From Gammaproteobacteria bacterium (GTDB lineage Bacteria; Pseudomonadota; Gammaproteobacteria; Francisellales; CACEW01), in the NCBI GenBank assembly GCA_020050355.1, contig JAGVKT010000077.1, positions 3-64,002 on the forward strand: a stretch of 64,000 nucleotides of DNA. Reading direction: 5' to 3'. Under the pieces are notes generated by a model. It did not search any database. It saw nothing but the letters and a program-made list of their open reading frames with translations, and was not told where the DNA came from. Below, piece after piece: positions 32,385-43,600 of the stretch. The translations under genes were made by a program, and so were the position numbers. The number at the start of each line of letters is the position of its first letter. Within the stretch, counting starts at the first letter, position 1.

Positions 32385-33683
32385 ATGAAATACAAAGCCC
32401 TGTTTACTGCTCTTTTACTACCAAGCTTAGGTCAATATGCCCTCGCTGCAACCAATAGTATTGCTGTACCTACACCTCAACAACAAGTACAAATCAACAA
32501 TCTACAAAACCAAATTAATCAATTACAAGCAACAGCTGAGAATAGCCCAAGCAATAACAAATTTTTTAATAAAATGGGTAATATTATAATGCTAGATACA
32601 GCCAATCCTTTTGGATTGATGCCTGATATTAATTTCTCCTTGGCAGTAATTCAAGGCAAACAAAAGCAATTGACAAAACCTGTAGTCGTGGGTGGATACA
32701 TTGAAGCTGATGCACAGGCCTGGGGTGGATCACTCAATATTCCTTCAAGCAACTATCAATCAGGTTCAAATCTATACATTACCAATGCAAAGCTTTACGC
32801 TATGGGAAATGTTAATAATTGGGTAACCACATTCTTCTCATTGCAACCCTCAACCAACAACGCTTCAGGAACTACTTTTGACCAAGCCTTCATGGTCATT
32901 GGCAATCTGAACAGCAATCCTTTATTCTTAACCATTGGTGAAACCTACCTACCTTTTGGTAGCTTTGCAGGCAATGGCCCCTGGTCCAACTCCATTACCA
33001 CTAATGATTTCCGTATTAGTCAGACCGATCAAATCAATTTAGGATATTACCAAAATGGCTTGACTCTAAATTTAGCAGTGGCTAACGGCGCAAACAATAC
33101 CAACAATAACAGCACTTACAGCCAAAATTTAGAAGATTTTGTATACAATGCTAATTATATCAAAAGCTACAGTAACAGCTTCAATTATAGCGTTGGCGCA
33201 AGCTATTTAAGCGACATTCGTGGCCAGTCTCCAAACATCGGCGGTGCCTATAATTCAACACTTACAGGTGGAAAAAATGCCGCTTATGACCTCAATGGTT
33301 CAATCGGCTACAAACAAGTGACCTTAAATGCTGAATTCGCAAGTACCACCAAATCTGCGAATTTTAATGGTGTTAGCACTGGCAGACTCTCCTCATGGAT
33401 GACCACACTAAGCTACGCGCCAGTGTTGTATAATCAAATCACCACATTCTCTGTAGGTTATAGCACTAGCAAAAATGCAAACAACGTGCCTTACACAGTT
33501 TCTGGCATGTACAATAACTTACCTGCAACAGGCACTAATCAAGGCTTCAAACAACAATGGATCGCCTTTGTTCAACGTCCTATCATTAACAATGTATACC
33601 TAGGACCTGAATATGATTATGCAAAAACCTACAACAATCAAAATACCTGGACCGCAACTCTGGATCTTTCTGCATATTTCTAA
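32385..33683 (+). CDS. Outer-membrane beta-barrel protein, putative porin
   Basis: Signal peptide MKYKALFTALLLPSLGQYALA/A, a short coiled-coil (QVQINNLQNQINQLQA), an Asn/Tyr/Gly-rich alternating beta-strand pattern, and a C-terminal aromatic residue (..LDLSAYF). Confidence 0.65.
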   Translation: MKYKALFTALLLPSLGQYALAATNSIAVPTPQQQVQINNLQNQINQLQATAENSPSNNKFFNKMGNIIMLDTANPFGLMPDINFSLAVIQGKQKQLTKPVVVGGYIEADAQAWGGSLNIPSSNYQSGSNLYITNAKLYAMGNVNNWVTTFFSLQPSTNNASGTTFDQAFMVIGNLNSNPLFLTIGETYLPFGSFAGNGPWSNSITTNDFRISQTDQINLGYYQNGLTLNLAVANGANNTNNNSTYSQNLEDFVYNANYIKSYSNSFNYSVGASYLSDIRGQSPNIGGAYNSTLTGGKNAAYDLNGSIGYKQVTLNAEFASTTKSANFNGVSTGRLSSWMTTLSYAPVLYNQITTFSVGYSTSKNANNVPYTVSGMYNNLPATGTNQGFKQQWIAFVQRPIINNVYLGPEYDYAKTYNNQNTWTATLDLSAYF

Positions 33684-33693
33684 ACCTGCATCA

Positions 33694-33727
33694 ATACCCT
33701 GCTCTTTTTACCTAGGAGCAGGGTATG
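33694..33727 (+). terminator. Stem-loop after the porin gene that also covers the MFS start codon
   Basis: ataccctgctc (33694-33704) pairs with gagcagggtat (33717-33727), giving an 11-bp stem and a 12-nt loop. Only gttt follows. The MFS ATG is at 33725-33727, inside the 3' arm. Confidence 0.4.
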
Positions 33728-34963
33728 TTTAAATACAGTGCACCAAATCGATTTTTATGGTTTATCCTCACTTTAAGTATTCTTTTTTATTGTTATGAAT
33801 TTTTTTTACGCATTTCTCCCAGCGTGATGCTCGCTGAATTAATGCAATATTTTCAAGTTAACGCTTTTGGAATTAGTAAATGCATTGCCATTTTTTATAT
33901 CGCTTATAGCCTTGGGCAATTGCCTGCAGGCCTTTTACTTGATCGCTATTCAGTACAATTAATCTTAGCATTAGCCTCATTTATATGCGCCTTAGGAACC
34001 TACCTTTTTATAAGTACCAATAATCTTTTTGAAGCTTGGCTAGGGCGTTTTATTGTGGGCTTTGCTGCAAGCTTTGCTTTTATAGCAGTACTTAAAACCG
34101 CACGCACTTATTTACCTTCAAAATATTTCACCCGAATAGTAGGTATCACCATCGCCATAGGCACACTCACTGCGGCTTATGGCAATGTCTTTACCAGCGA
34201 TCTTAATATACAAAATTTTAAGCATGTGTTTTATATAAACATCTTTTTAGGTTTGCTTCTAGGTATACTCTTTAGCATATCCTATTGCTTTAAAATAAAT
34301 GATTTCATTGAACAAAAAAATAAAAATCAATCATGCTCTTTAAGCTCATTAATTGCACTCATCAAAAATAAACCACTCTGGATCAATAGCATAATTGGCG
34401 GCTTACTTTATCTACCAACAGTAGTTATTGCAGATGCGTGGGGTAATTATTTTTTACACTGTGAAGACCATTTATCCCTAACCAAAACTAGTTATACCAT
34501 CACCTGGTTATTTTTAGGCTGGATCACAGGCAGTCCATTGATGGGCTATCTAGGAGATCGTTTTAAAAATTACCGAACACTCATGATCATCAATACCTTA
34601 CTGAGTATTATTATTTTATTTTTGATACTTTTTTTATCTATAGAATCGCTGGGCCTATTATGTACGCTTATGTTTTTATTCGGCTTTTTCTCTAGCACGC
34701 AATTAATGATCTGGCGCATTTTTCATGAGCTAGCACCTTTAGAATTTGTTGCTACCGGTATTGCACTCACCAACATGATCATTATGGCAATTTGCGCACT
34801 AGGCCAAATAGTCATCGGATTTTTATTATCTCATCATCAAAATTCTGCCAATCTTAATCTCTATAACAATAATGATTACCATCACAGCTTAATATTGCTG
34901 CCTCTGGCTTTAATCAGCACTCTATTTTTGATAAGATTATTACCGAGAGGTTTTCGCACATAG
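33725..34963 (+). CDS. MFS transporter
   Basis: 412 aa with about 12 TM helices. The loop 2-3 motif GLLLDRYS is MFS-like. Confidence 0.75.
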   Translation: MFKYSAPNRFLWFILTLSILFYCYEFFLRISPSVMLAELMQYFQVNAFGISKCIAIFYIAYSLGQLPAGLLLDRYSVQLILALASFICALGTYLFISTNNLFEAWLGRFIVGFAASFAFIAVLKTARTYLPSKYFTRIVGITIAIGTLTAAYGNVFTSDLNIQNFKHVFYINIFLGLLLGILFSISYCFKINDFIEQKNKNQSCSLSSLIALIKNKPLWINSIIGGLLYLPTVVIADAWGNYFLHCEDHLSLTKTSYTITWLFLGWITGSPLMGYLGDRFKNYRTLMIINTLLSIIILFLILFLSIESLGLLCTLMFLFGFFSSTQLMIWRIFHELAPLEFVATGIALTNMIIMAICALGQIVIGFLLSHHQNSANLNLYNNNDYHHSLILLPLALISTLFLIRLLPRGFRT

Positions 34964-34976
34964 GTAAAATCATTAA

Positions 34977-35660
34977 ATGACACAAAGCTTCAAATTAAAG
35001 GGCCGTTTATTTACACTCAGCGTTTTACAACTTTTAAGTTTAGATCTAGACCAATTTGCTAAAGATTTAGAAGCACGCGTCAAGATGGCACCGAGATTTT
35101 TTAATTTTACGCCCTTAGTGATTGATCTTCAGGCCTTAAAAATAGATCACACTTTTGATTTTAACAAACTTAAAAATATTCTTGCACAGCATGAAGTCAT
35201 CCCAGTAGGTATTCGTGGCCTGCCTGAAGCTTTAATCGAGCAAGCAAAAGCAGCACAGCTGGCACTAATGCATGAGTCCAGTACAAAAGAAGACCCCCTT
35301 GCAGAAGAACAGGCACAAACTACCGAGTTGTTCGTAGGAACTAAAATTATTGAAACATCTACCCGCACCGTACAACGCGTGTATGTGCAAAATGGCGATC
35401 TTATTATTATTGGCTCAGTAAGCGCTAATTCAGAATTAATCGCTGATGGCAATATCCATATTTACGGCGTTCTGCGTGGCCATGCACTCGCAGGAATGAA
35501 TGGCAATAAAAAAGCTAGGATTTTTTGTCAACAATTAGCAGCCGAAATGGTTTCTATCGCTGGTCAAAATCAACGCTTTGAAAACATTGAACAACTCACA
35601 CAACGCCCCACACAAATTTATTTGAATGTTCAAGATGAACTCATCGTTGCCAAATTATAA
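34977..35660 (+). CDS. minC: Septum site-determining protein MinC
   Basis: C-terminal beta-helix signature GDLIIIGSVSANSELIADGNIHIYGVLRGHALAG..ARIFC..L.AEMVSIAG. Confidence 0.85.
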   Translation: MTQSFKLKGRLFTLSVLQLLSLDLDQFAKDLEARVKMAPRFFNFTPLVIDLQALKIDHTFDFNKLKNILAQHEVIPVGIRGLPEALIEQAKAAQLALMHESSTKEDPLAEEQAQTTELFVGTKIIETSTRTVQRVYVQNGDLIIIGSVSANSELIADGNIHIYGVLRGHALAGMNGNKKARIFCQQLAAEMVSIAGQNQRFENIEQLTQRPTQIYLNVQDELIVAKL

Positions 35661-35727
35661 TCACCACTGTTGCATCATTGTGCTAAATATTAGAAAATAA
35701 AAAAATGCTTATCATAAAATAATAAAA

Positions 35728-36468
35728 ATGGCTGCAGCTTTTTTTGATATTTTTGGTATTTTTTCTCAACTCATGAGAGAGCTTTATCCTGTAGAAAAAA
35801 ACCCCAAGCCCACCCCCACAACGACTGCAGCCACTAGCGCCTTCCACCGACCTTCTAAAACCCTTACCTCGTCTGCCACCACTTTTGGCCCAACGCCAAT
35901 TACAGGAGCAACCACAGCTCTAGCAGGTGCCGGCGGTCCACCACCAACAAAGATCAAGCCTATAACTTGTTTAAGCTCAGAATACTTGGAAGCAAAAAAA
36001 GAAAAGTATGCTTTTCGAACTGTAGGATACACCGAATACCAAGAAAAAAAAGTTACCGATCTTGGCAAACTTTTTAATAAATTTCTACGGGATTTAGAAA
36101 AACAACCTGACAAACGCCCAGGCATTGTTTTATTAGAGCCTTTAGCAAACGAGTTAGAAAAACTTGCACCTTTTAATGAAATTCGAAAAGGAGTAGAAAT
36201 AGCAAACTTAATAACAGATATTCATCAATGGGTAAAAGAAATAAGATCGGTTAACTTCAAACCAAAAATAAGAGGAAGAAAACCATTAGAATATATGTAC
36301 CACGGCGAGTTGCTACACATCGGCACAGTCTCAGATAAATTCGTTACACAAATAAGAATTTTAGCAGCAATTTTTCCTTCTTCTTCCAAAGAAATAGAAG
36401 AGATCGTCCCAGACCCAGAAACCATTGGAACACCATCAGCGGAAGCGGGTATACACCTGGGCTATTAA
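35728..36468 (+). CDS. Hypothetical protein with a Pro/Thr/Ala-rich N-terminal region (orphan)
   Basis: KPTPTTTAATSAFHRPSKTLTSSATTFGPTPITGATTALAGAGGPPPTK is followed by a Lys/Glu-rich helical region. It occupies the position where minD would be expected. Confidence 0.5.
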   Translation: MAAAFFDIFGIFSQLMRELYPVEKNPKPTPTTTAATSAFHRPSKTLTSSATTFGPTPITGATTALAGAGGPPPTKIKPITCLSSEYLEAKKEKYAFRTVGYTEYQEKKVTDLGKLFNKFLRDLEKQPDKRPGIVLLEPLANELEKLAPFNEIRKGVEIANLITDIHQWVKEIRSVNFKPKIRGRKPLEYMYHGELLHIGTVSDKFVTQIRILAAIFPSSSKEIEEIVPDPETIGTPSAEAGIHLGY

Positions 36469-36476
36469 CTCATGTT

Positions 36477-36767
36477 TCAACTTCGACCTAGAACTTTAAT
36501 ATCTTTTACATATTGAAAAACTTCATTAGCCCGCAAGAGCGCTAATAATTCGGCCTTAAGATAATGAATCCGACTAATTAAGCCCTGGTGTTTGACACTG
36601 AGCACTAAAGTCCCGGAGCGTAAATTAATGACGCTACATTGATCTTTTAACTCGGGAGGGACAAGTTCATTAAATTTTTTTGTGAGATTTTGCATGACTT
36701 GCGCTTGCTTAAAAATATTCGCCAAAGGACTGCGCTGGTCTTGCATCAATTCCTGAATTGAGGGCAT
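36477..36767 (-). CDS. DUF721/DciA-like small protein
   Basis: 96 aa. The pattern LANIFKQAQVMQNLTKKFNELVPPELKDQCSVINLRSGTLVLSVKHQGLISRIHYLKAELLALL follows the DUF721 layout (hydrophobic L..G.L.L.V, then a conserved R.xY..L). Confidence 0.5.
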   Translation of the reverse strand: MPSIQELMQDQRSPLANIFKQAQVMQNLTKKFNELVPPELKDQCSVINLRSGTLVLSVKHQGLISRIHYLKAELLALLRANEVFQYVKDIKVLGRS

Positions 36768-36770
36768 AAG

Positions 36771-38384
36771 TTAATGCTTATTTTTCATAATCGGCATACG
36801 CCAATCTTTACCAAAACCACGACGGGAAACTTTTGGACCCAGAGGGGCTTGGTGCCGCTTATGTTCGCTACGATGGATCATCTGAATCACACGCTCGACT
36901 TCTATTTCAGCAAAGCCTTGCGCACAAATATGTTCAAGACTTAAATTTTCTTCTACATATAATTTTAAAATTTTATCCAACAAATCATAATCAGGTAAAC
37001 TGTCTTGATCTTTTTGATTAGCACGTAATTCGGCAGTGGGCGCGCGCTGAATGACTTCTTCAGGAATAATTTCTCGTGTTTGATTACAAAAACGCGCCAA
37101 ACGATAAACATCGGTCTTATAAAGATCTTTTAAGAGCGCAAATCCACCAATTAAATCCCCATAAAGGGTACCATAACCCACCGCCAATTCGCTTTTATTG
37201 ACAGTAGCTAAAACGATCTTTCCAGATTTATTAGAAAGTGCCATTAAAATCATACCACGCAACCGTGCCTGAATATTTTCCTCAGTCACATCCCAATTTT
37301 TATGGACAAAATGCGGCGATAATTCTTGCAAGAAAGTTTTAAATAAAGGTTCAATGCTAATTTCATGAATTTTAACACCTAAGGTCGCTGCTTGCTTTTT
37401 AGCCGCAGCAATGCTCAAGTCTTCTGTAAAACGTGAAGGCATCAAAACTCCTTCTACTTGATCTGCACCTAAAGCCGCTACAGCAAGTGCTAAGGTCAAC
37501 GCTGAGTCAATGCCTCCTGACAAACCAATCAACACACCAGGAAAACGATGATGGCGCACATAAGCACGCAAAGCATAAATCAAAGATTGATAAAGCTCAG
37601 CCGTTTTATCTAGAGCAAAATGCGGCTGCCACTCTTGATCTAAAGTGATTTTTGTTGCCGAAGCTACCTCAAAAGTAGCAAACACTTCTTTGAATTGTGG
37701 CAACACGCCCAATAGCGTTGCATCTTTACCTAAAATAAACGAAGCGCCATCAAAAATAACTTCGTCTTGCACACCCACTTGATGCACATACACAAAAGGG
37801 ACCTTTAATTTTTGTACTACTGCCTGCGCGCTCACCAAACGCTGCTCACGTTTAGTAATATCAAAAGGCGAAGCATTAATACTGATCACCATATCAAGAT
37901 CATTACCTAATTTAGCAAAGACCTGTCCACGCCAAAAATCTTCGCAAATTAATAAACCCAATTTCAAACCACGAATGGTCAATGTTCCTGGTTCATGACC
38001 TTTGACAAAATAACGTTCTTCATCAAAAACACCATAATTAGGTAAAGCTTGTTTAATATACACGGTGTCAATTTTATGATCATGATAAACCAAAAGCGCA
38101 TTAAAAATTTTATGATCTTGGTAATAAGGTGTTCCTAAAATAATCCAAATATTGGCCGGAAACTGCAGGGCCAAAAAAACTTGCGCCTCTTGAACGGCGC
38201 GATTAAAATCTGCCTGCATCAATAGATCTTCGGGTAAATAACCACTCAATGCACACTCAGGAAAAATCAACAAATCCACTTTTTGGGCAACAGCTTCATG
38301 AGCTACACGAATCATACGTTCACAATTCGCCATAATAGCGTTTACTGGAAAAATACCTTGATAGACAGCCACTTTCATGATCAA
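36771..38384 (-). CDS. nadE: Glutamine-dependent NAD+ synthetase
   Basis: An N-terminal CN-hydrolase domain (LLIFPECALSGY, LICEDFW) is fused to a C-terminal NAD synthetase domain (GLSGGIDSALT PP-loop). Confidence 0.9.
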   Translation of the reverse strand: MIMKVAVYQGIFPVNAIMANCERMIRVAHEAVAQKVDLLIFPECALSGYLPEDLLMQADFNRAVQEAQVFLALQFPANIWIILGTPYYQDHKIFNALLVYHDHKIDTVYIKQALPNYGVFDEERYFVKGHEPGTLTIRGLKLGLLICEDFWRGQVFAKLGNDLDMVISINASPFDITKREQRLVSAQAVVQKLKVPFVYVHQVGVQDEVIFDGASFILGKDATLLGVLPQFKEVFATFEVASATKITLDQEWQPHFALDKTAELYQSLIYALRAYVRHHRFPGVLIGLSGGIDSALTLALAVAALGADQVEGVLMPSRFTEDLSIAAAKKQAATLGVKIHEISIEPLFKTFLQELSPHFVHKNWDVTEENIQARLRGMILMALSNKSGKIVLATVNKSELAVGYGTLYGDLIGGFALLKDLYKTDVYRLARFCNQTREIIPEEVIQRAPTAELRANQKDQDSLPDYDLLDKILKLYVEENLSLEHICAQGFAEIEVERVIQMIHRSEHKRHQAPLGPKVSRRGFGKDWRMPIMKNKH

Positions 38385-38392
38385 TCTTCCTT

Positions 38393-40663
38393 CTAGCTTT
38401 TGGTTTCTACAGGCGGCGTTAACAAAGAGACCACCTTAACGACCTTATTACGTAAAGCTTTAGGCAAAGCCACACCCCTTTGACCACGCTCACCTCTAAA
38501 CCCTGCTAACTCTTTTAGGCTCAGCACAGTACGCCCAGAAAATTCTAGAGTATCTTGCGCACTTAAAATCCAAACGCCCAGCAAAGCATCTGCTTTTTTA
38601 TCAAACTCTGCTTTTTTAATTTCAATTAATTTATTACCTTTTCCTTTAGGCAACTTGGGCAAATCTTTAACTTTAATGATTAGCATTCGGCCTGCTGTGG
38701 TAATTAAAGCGGCTTCATCGGTCTCATAATTAATAACACGCACCGGATCAACAGGAAGAATACCTGCCGCTAATGTAAGCAAACCTTTACCCGCTTTATT
38801 TTTACTTTGCATCTCTGCAATCGTAGTGACAAAGCCATAACCCAATTCACTTGCAAGAGCATAAAGTTGCTGTTCTTCACCCCCAGCCATCGCCACCACT
38901 GAACTTGCAGCTTCGATAGTAAAGTGACCGGTTAGCGGCTCACCTTGACCACGCGCCGAAGGTAATTTATGAGGGAAAGTGCTATAGCTACGCCCGGTAG
39001 AATCAATAAAAATTAAAGGTTGATTATTTTTAGTAACCAAAGCCTTAGCAAAACTATCTCCAGTTTTGTAAGACAATTGTTCTGGATCAATCTCTGCCCC
39101 CTTAGCACACCTGACCCACCCTTGCTTAGAAAGTACAACCGTGACCGTTTCGGTAGGCACTAATAATTCTTCTTTTAAAGCTTTAGCTTCTTCACGTTCA
39201 ACCCATTTGGTACGACGAGCATCACCATAATCTTTAATGATTTGCTCTAACTCTTGAGCTAACTTATCTTTTAATAAATTTTTATTGGCTAAAATCTTTT
39301 GCAAAGCATCACGCTCTTTGGCCAATTCTTCTTGTTCAGCACGAATTTTCATTTCTTCTAATTTTGCCAATTGACGTAGGCGAATTTCTAAAATTGCATC
39401 AGCCTGAAGCTCACTTAATTTAAAGCGTTTCATTAATTCTTTTTTAGGATCTTCAGCAGTACGAATAATATGAATGACATCATCAATATTTAAAAAAGCA
39501 ATTAATAAACCCTCTAAAATATGCAAACGCGCCAGCACTTTATCCAAGCGATACTGCAAGCGCAATTTTAATGTCTGCTCGCGAAACGCTAACCATTCAT
39601 TTAAAATAGTCGACAAATTTTTAACTTGTGGCCGGCCATCTAAACCGATCATATTTAAATTAACACGATAACTTTTTTGTAAATCCGTAGTCGCAAACAA
39701 GTGATTCATTAAACCATCAACATCAACCCGATTAGAGCGAAGCATCAACACTAAACGCACAGGCTCATCATGATCAGATTCATCGCGCAAATCCGCCAAC
39801 ATCGGCAATTTTTTGGCTTGCATATCTTTAGCAATTTGTTCAAGAATACGTGCACCTGACGCCTGATAAGGCAAACTGGTGATAATAATTTCATCATCAG
39901 CAACTTCATATTTAGCACGTAATTTTACCGAACCTGTACCAGTTTCATAAATCTTTTTGAGCTCCGCTTTAGGAGTGATCAACTCAGCGCCTGTAGGGTA
40001 ATCAGGCCCAGGAATGAATTTCATTAACTCACTTAAACTAGCCTCAGGATTTTTTAATAAATGCAAAGTCGCTTTTAAAATCTCAGTTAAGTTATGAGGG
40101 GGAATATCCGTCGCCATACCAACAGCAATGCCCATCGTACCATTCAATAACACATTCGGAACTTGCGCAGGCAATAATATCGGCTCAGTGAGCGTACCAT
40201 CAAAATTCGGCGCCCACTCTACTGTTCCTTGCTCTAATTCGGCTAATAATAACTCGGCATAACGAGACAATTTTGCTTCAGTGTAACGCATTGCGGCAAA
40301 AGACTTAGGATCATCGACAGAACCCCAGTTTCCTTGGCCTTCAACAAAAGGATAACGATACGAAAAAGGCTGCGCCATCAACACCATCGCTTCATAACAA
40401 GCGCTATCACCATGGGGATGATATTTACCCAAAACATCACCAACAGTACGCGCTGATTTTTTAGGCTTGGCGATGTGTTTTAAACCCAACTCAGACATCG
40501 CATAAATAATACGTCGCTGTACTGGCTTCAAACCATCAGCAATAGAAGGTAGAGCGCGATCCAAAATAACATACATCGAATAATCTAAATATGCTTTTTT
40601 AGTAAATTTTTGAATAGGCTGCTGCTCAATACCTTCAAAATTTAGTGCTAAATTTTCTGCCAT
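38393..40663 (-). CDS. parC: DNA topoisomerase IV subunit A
   Basis: [74 protein letters not shown] tracks E. coli ParC. The active-site AAMRYTE motif is present. Confidence 0.9.
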   Translation of the reverse strand: MAENLALNFEGIEQQPIQKFTKKAYLDYSMYVILDRALPSIADGLKPVQRRIIYAMSELGLKHIAKPKKSARTVGDVLGKYHPHGDSACYEAMVLMAQPFSYRYPFVEGQGNWGSVDDPKSFAAMRYTEAKLSRYAELLLAELEQGTVEWAPNFDGTLTEPILLPAQVPNVLLNGTMGIAVGMATDIPPHNLTEILKATLHLLKNPEASLSELMKFIPGPDYPTGAELITPKAELKKIYETGTGSVKLRAKYEVADDEIIITSLPYQASGARILEQIAKDMQAKKLPMLADLRDESDHDEPVRLVLMLRSNRVDVDGLMNHLFATTDLQKSYRVNLNMIGLDGRPQVKNLSTILNEWLAFREQTLKLRLQYRLDKVLARLHILEGLLIAFLNIDDVIHIIRTAEDPKKELMKRFKLSELQADAILEIRLRQLAKLEEMKIRAEQEELAKERDALQKILANKNLLKDKLAQELEQIIKDYGDARRTKWVEREEAKALKEELLVPTETVTVVLSKQGWVRCAKGAEIDPEQLSYKTGDSFAKALVTKNNQPLIFIDSTGRSYSTFPHKLPSARGQGEPLTGHFTIEAASSVVAMAGGEEQQLYALASELGYGFVTTIAEMQSKNKAGKGLLTLAAGILPVDPVRVINYETDEAALITTAGRMLIIKVKDLPKLPKGKGNKLIEIKKAEFDKKADALLGVWILSAQDTLEFSGRTVLSLKELAGFRGERGQRGVALPKALRNKVVKVVSLLTPPVETKS

Positions 40664-40679
40664 TTTATAACCTTTTGGT

Positions 40680-43600
40680 TTATTTGCTACAACAGGTTTC
40701 AGTTAAATCACGTAAACAATTGATCAAAGTTGAAAAGCGTGAGAATTCCTGTGTAGAAATTTTAAAATCTTCCATCAAGATATACCAGCGATCAACAAAG
40801 TATTTATATTGTTCAGCCCAATTCTTAATCCGTTGATTCACATTTTGTGCTTTAGTTTTATTTTTAATAATATTAATAACCAAGATCGCTTGATAACGAT
40901 TTAAACGATCTTTTAAGGACGAAGCCGTTAACATATCCCAATATCCCTGTAACGCTGCTTCATTCAAACGCTGACGCAACCACGATAAACCAAAATTTTG
41001 GCTTAAAGCATAATAAGTAGACATCATCTCTGTATAAGAAATTTTATATTCACGTGCTGCATGGATGATATCAAAAGCAGAATAAAGATAATAAAAATCA
41101 GCCACGCGCTCAGCCAAAGCTTTAGGCGCGCCATGACTGCAATATTCACTAATCATCTGCGCACGAAATGCATTTTGATCTTCATTCAAATAATCGCGCG
41201 TACGTTTAAAAATTTCTTGGCAACCTTCTTTAAAATATTGAAAAATTTCTCGAGGGTCCATTTGCCGACGGTAATGCGTTAACAACCAACGGCACTGATG
41301 TTGTAAAAAATCACTTAGCTGATTCATCATGCCAATCTGTACTACTGCCGGTACTTTACCATCCAAAGCTTCAATTTCTTGCCATAAAGCTTCGATTTCA
41401 AAAAGCTCTAAAGCCACTACAAAAGCACGGCTACTCATATCAGGTGCTGCCCCCACCTCATCATACATCCGATGAATATAAGCAATCCCTAAATATTGCA
41501 CTAATTTATTAACCAGCTGAGTTACAATAATTTCACGCTTCAACGGATGGTTGCTCATCGCCTTGTGGTATTTTTCATTTAATACTTTAGGGAACTCTAA
41601 AAATAAAAATTTCTCAAAATAAACGTCATTCGGCAATGCAGATTTTAAGATTATTTCTTTAATCGTATTTTTTACATAAGCCATTAATACGGAAAATTCT
41701 GGCTTGGTAAAGCTTTTATTTTGTGAAATACGTGCCTTTAAAACTTTATCATTTGGCAAAGCCTCAAGCGTACGACTAATAAAACCTTCACGCTCCAATT
41801 CACGTAAAACCCGAATATAAGTTGTGCCCGCACTGCTTTGTTGAATACCATTGCTAATAGTCTCAGTTTGATGATAATTATCAGACAAAACCAATTGCGC
41901 TACTTCTTGCTCCATCGCAGCGAGCAAATTATTACGCTCACTAAGACTTAAAGCACCTTGGTGCATAACTTCATTTAATAAAATTTTGATATTCACTTCA
42001 TGGTCTGAACAATCAACTCCAGCAGAATTATCGATAGCATCAGTACAAATTTGTCCATCATTCAAAGCAAATTCAACACGCGCCAATTGAGTAAAACCAA
42101 GATTACCACCCTCTCCAACAACTTTACAACGCAACTCCGTAGCGTCGATACGCACCGCATCGTTAGCCCGATCACCCACTTCTTGATTGGTTTGCGTTGA
42201 AGCTTTAACATAAGTACCAATACCACCATTCCAAAATAATTCAAGCGGTGCCTGTAAGATTGCTTTAATTAATTCATTGGGTTCTAATTCATCCGCTTCA
42301 ATTTTTAACACCTCTTGAACTTCTTTACTGATAGGAATTACTTTTAAGGTACGCTCATAAACACCGCCACCCCGGCTAATTAACTTATGATTATAGTCAT
42401 TCCACGTGGAACGACTTAATTTAAACAAACGCTCCCGCTCTTTAAAACTCGTTTCAGAATTAGGATGAGGATCTAAAAAAATATGCATATGATTAAAAGC
42501 AGCAACTAATTTAATATGCTTAGACAAGAGCATACCATTACCAAAGACATCACCAGACATATCCCCAATACCCAAACAGGTAAAATCCTCTTTTTGGATA
42601 TCTTTGTTAAGAAAGAGAAAATGTCGTTTTACAGATTCCCAGGCGCCTCGAGCAGTAATGCCCATCTTCTTATGATCATATCCAAAGCTACCACCAGAAG
42701 CAAAAGCATCCCCTAACCAAAATTGATAAGATTGCGAAATCGCATTCGCGATATCTGAAAAAGTAGCCGTACCTTTATCCGCTGCAACCACAAAATAAGG
42801 ATCATCGTCATCGTATCGAACGACATCCGCAGGCGGCACTACGACATTATCAACAATATTATCAGTAAGATCCAAAAGTGCAGAAATATAAATCTTATAA
42901 CAACGAATTGCTTCCGCTTGAATCTCATCACGCCCTTGTTGTGCTGAGAGTTTTTTTGGATAAAATCCTCCTTTAGCACCTAGAGGGACAATCACTGCAT
43001 TTTTTACTTGCTGCGCTTTCATGAGTCCTAAAACTTCAGTACGGAAATCTTCTCGACGATCAGACCAGCGGATCCCCCCTCGAGCTACTTTGGCACCCCG
43101 CAAATGCACGCCTTCAACTTCTGGTGAATACACGAAAATTTCTGCCATCGGAACAGGTTTGGGCATATCTGGAATTAAAGCCGGATTTAATTTAAAGGCA
43201 ACGCAAGATTTAAACTGGCCTTCAGCATCTTTCTGATAATAATTAGTACGTAACATCGCTTTAATAACATCTTTAAAACGACGAATAATGCGGTCATGAT
43301 CCAAATTAGCAACCTTGGCTAGCGTTTTAATTAGAGTGTCCATGATTGCATTAAATTGTTCTTGTTTTTTGCGCGTAGCCTCTACTTTAAATTTAGTGGT
43401 AAAGAGTTGCACCAGCAAGCGCGTTAATTCAGGATACTGCACCAAAGTATCTTCAAGATATTGTTGACTATAAACAAAACCAATCTGGGCCAAATATTTA
43501 GCAATAGCGCGCAAAATAACTACCTCACGAATGCTTAAGCCCACACTCAAGATCAAACGATTAAACCCATCGCTTTCTGCTTTTTGGCGCCATACCTCTA

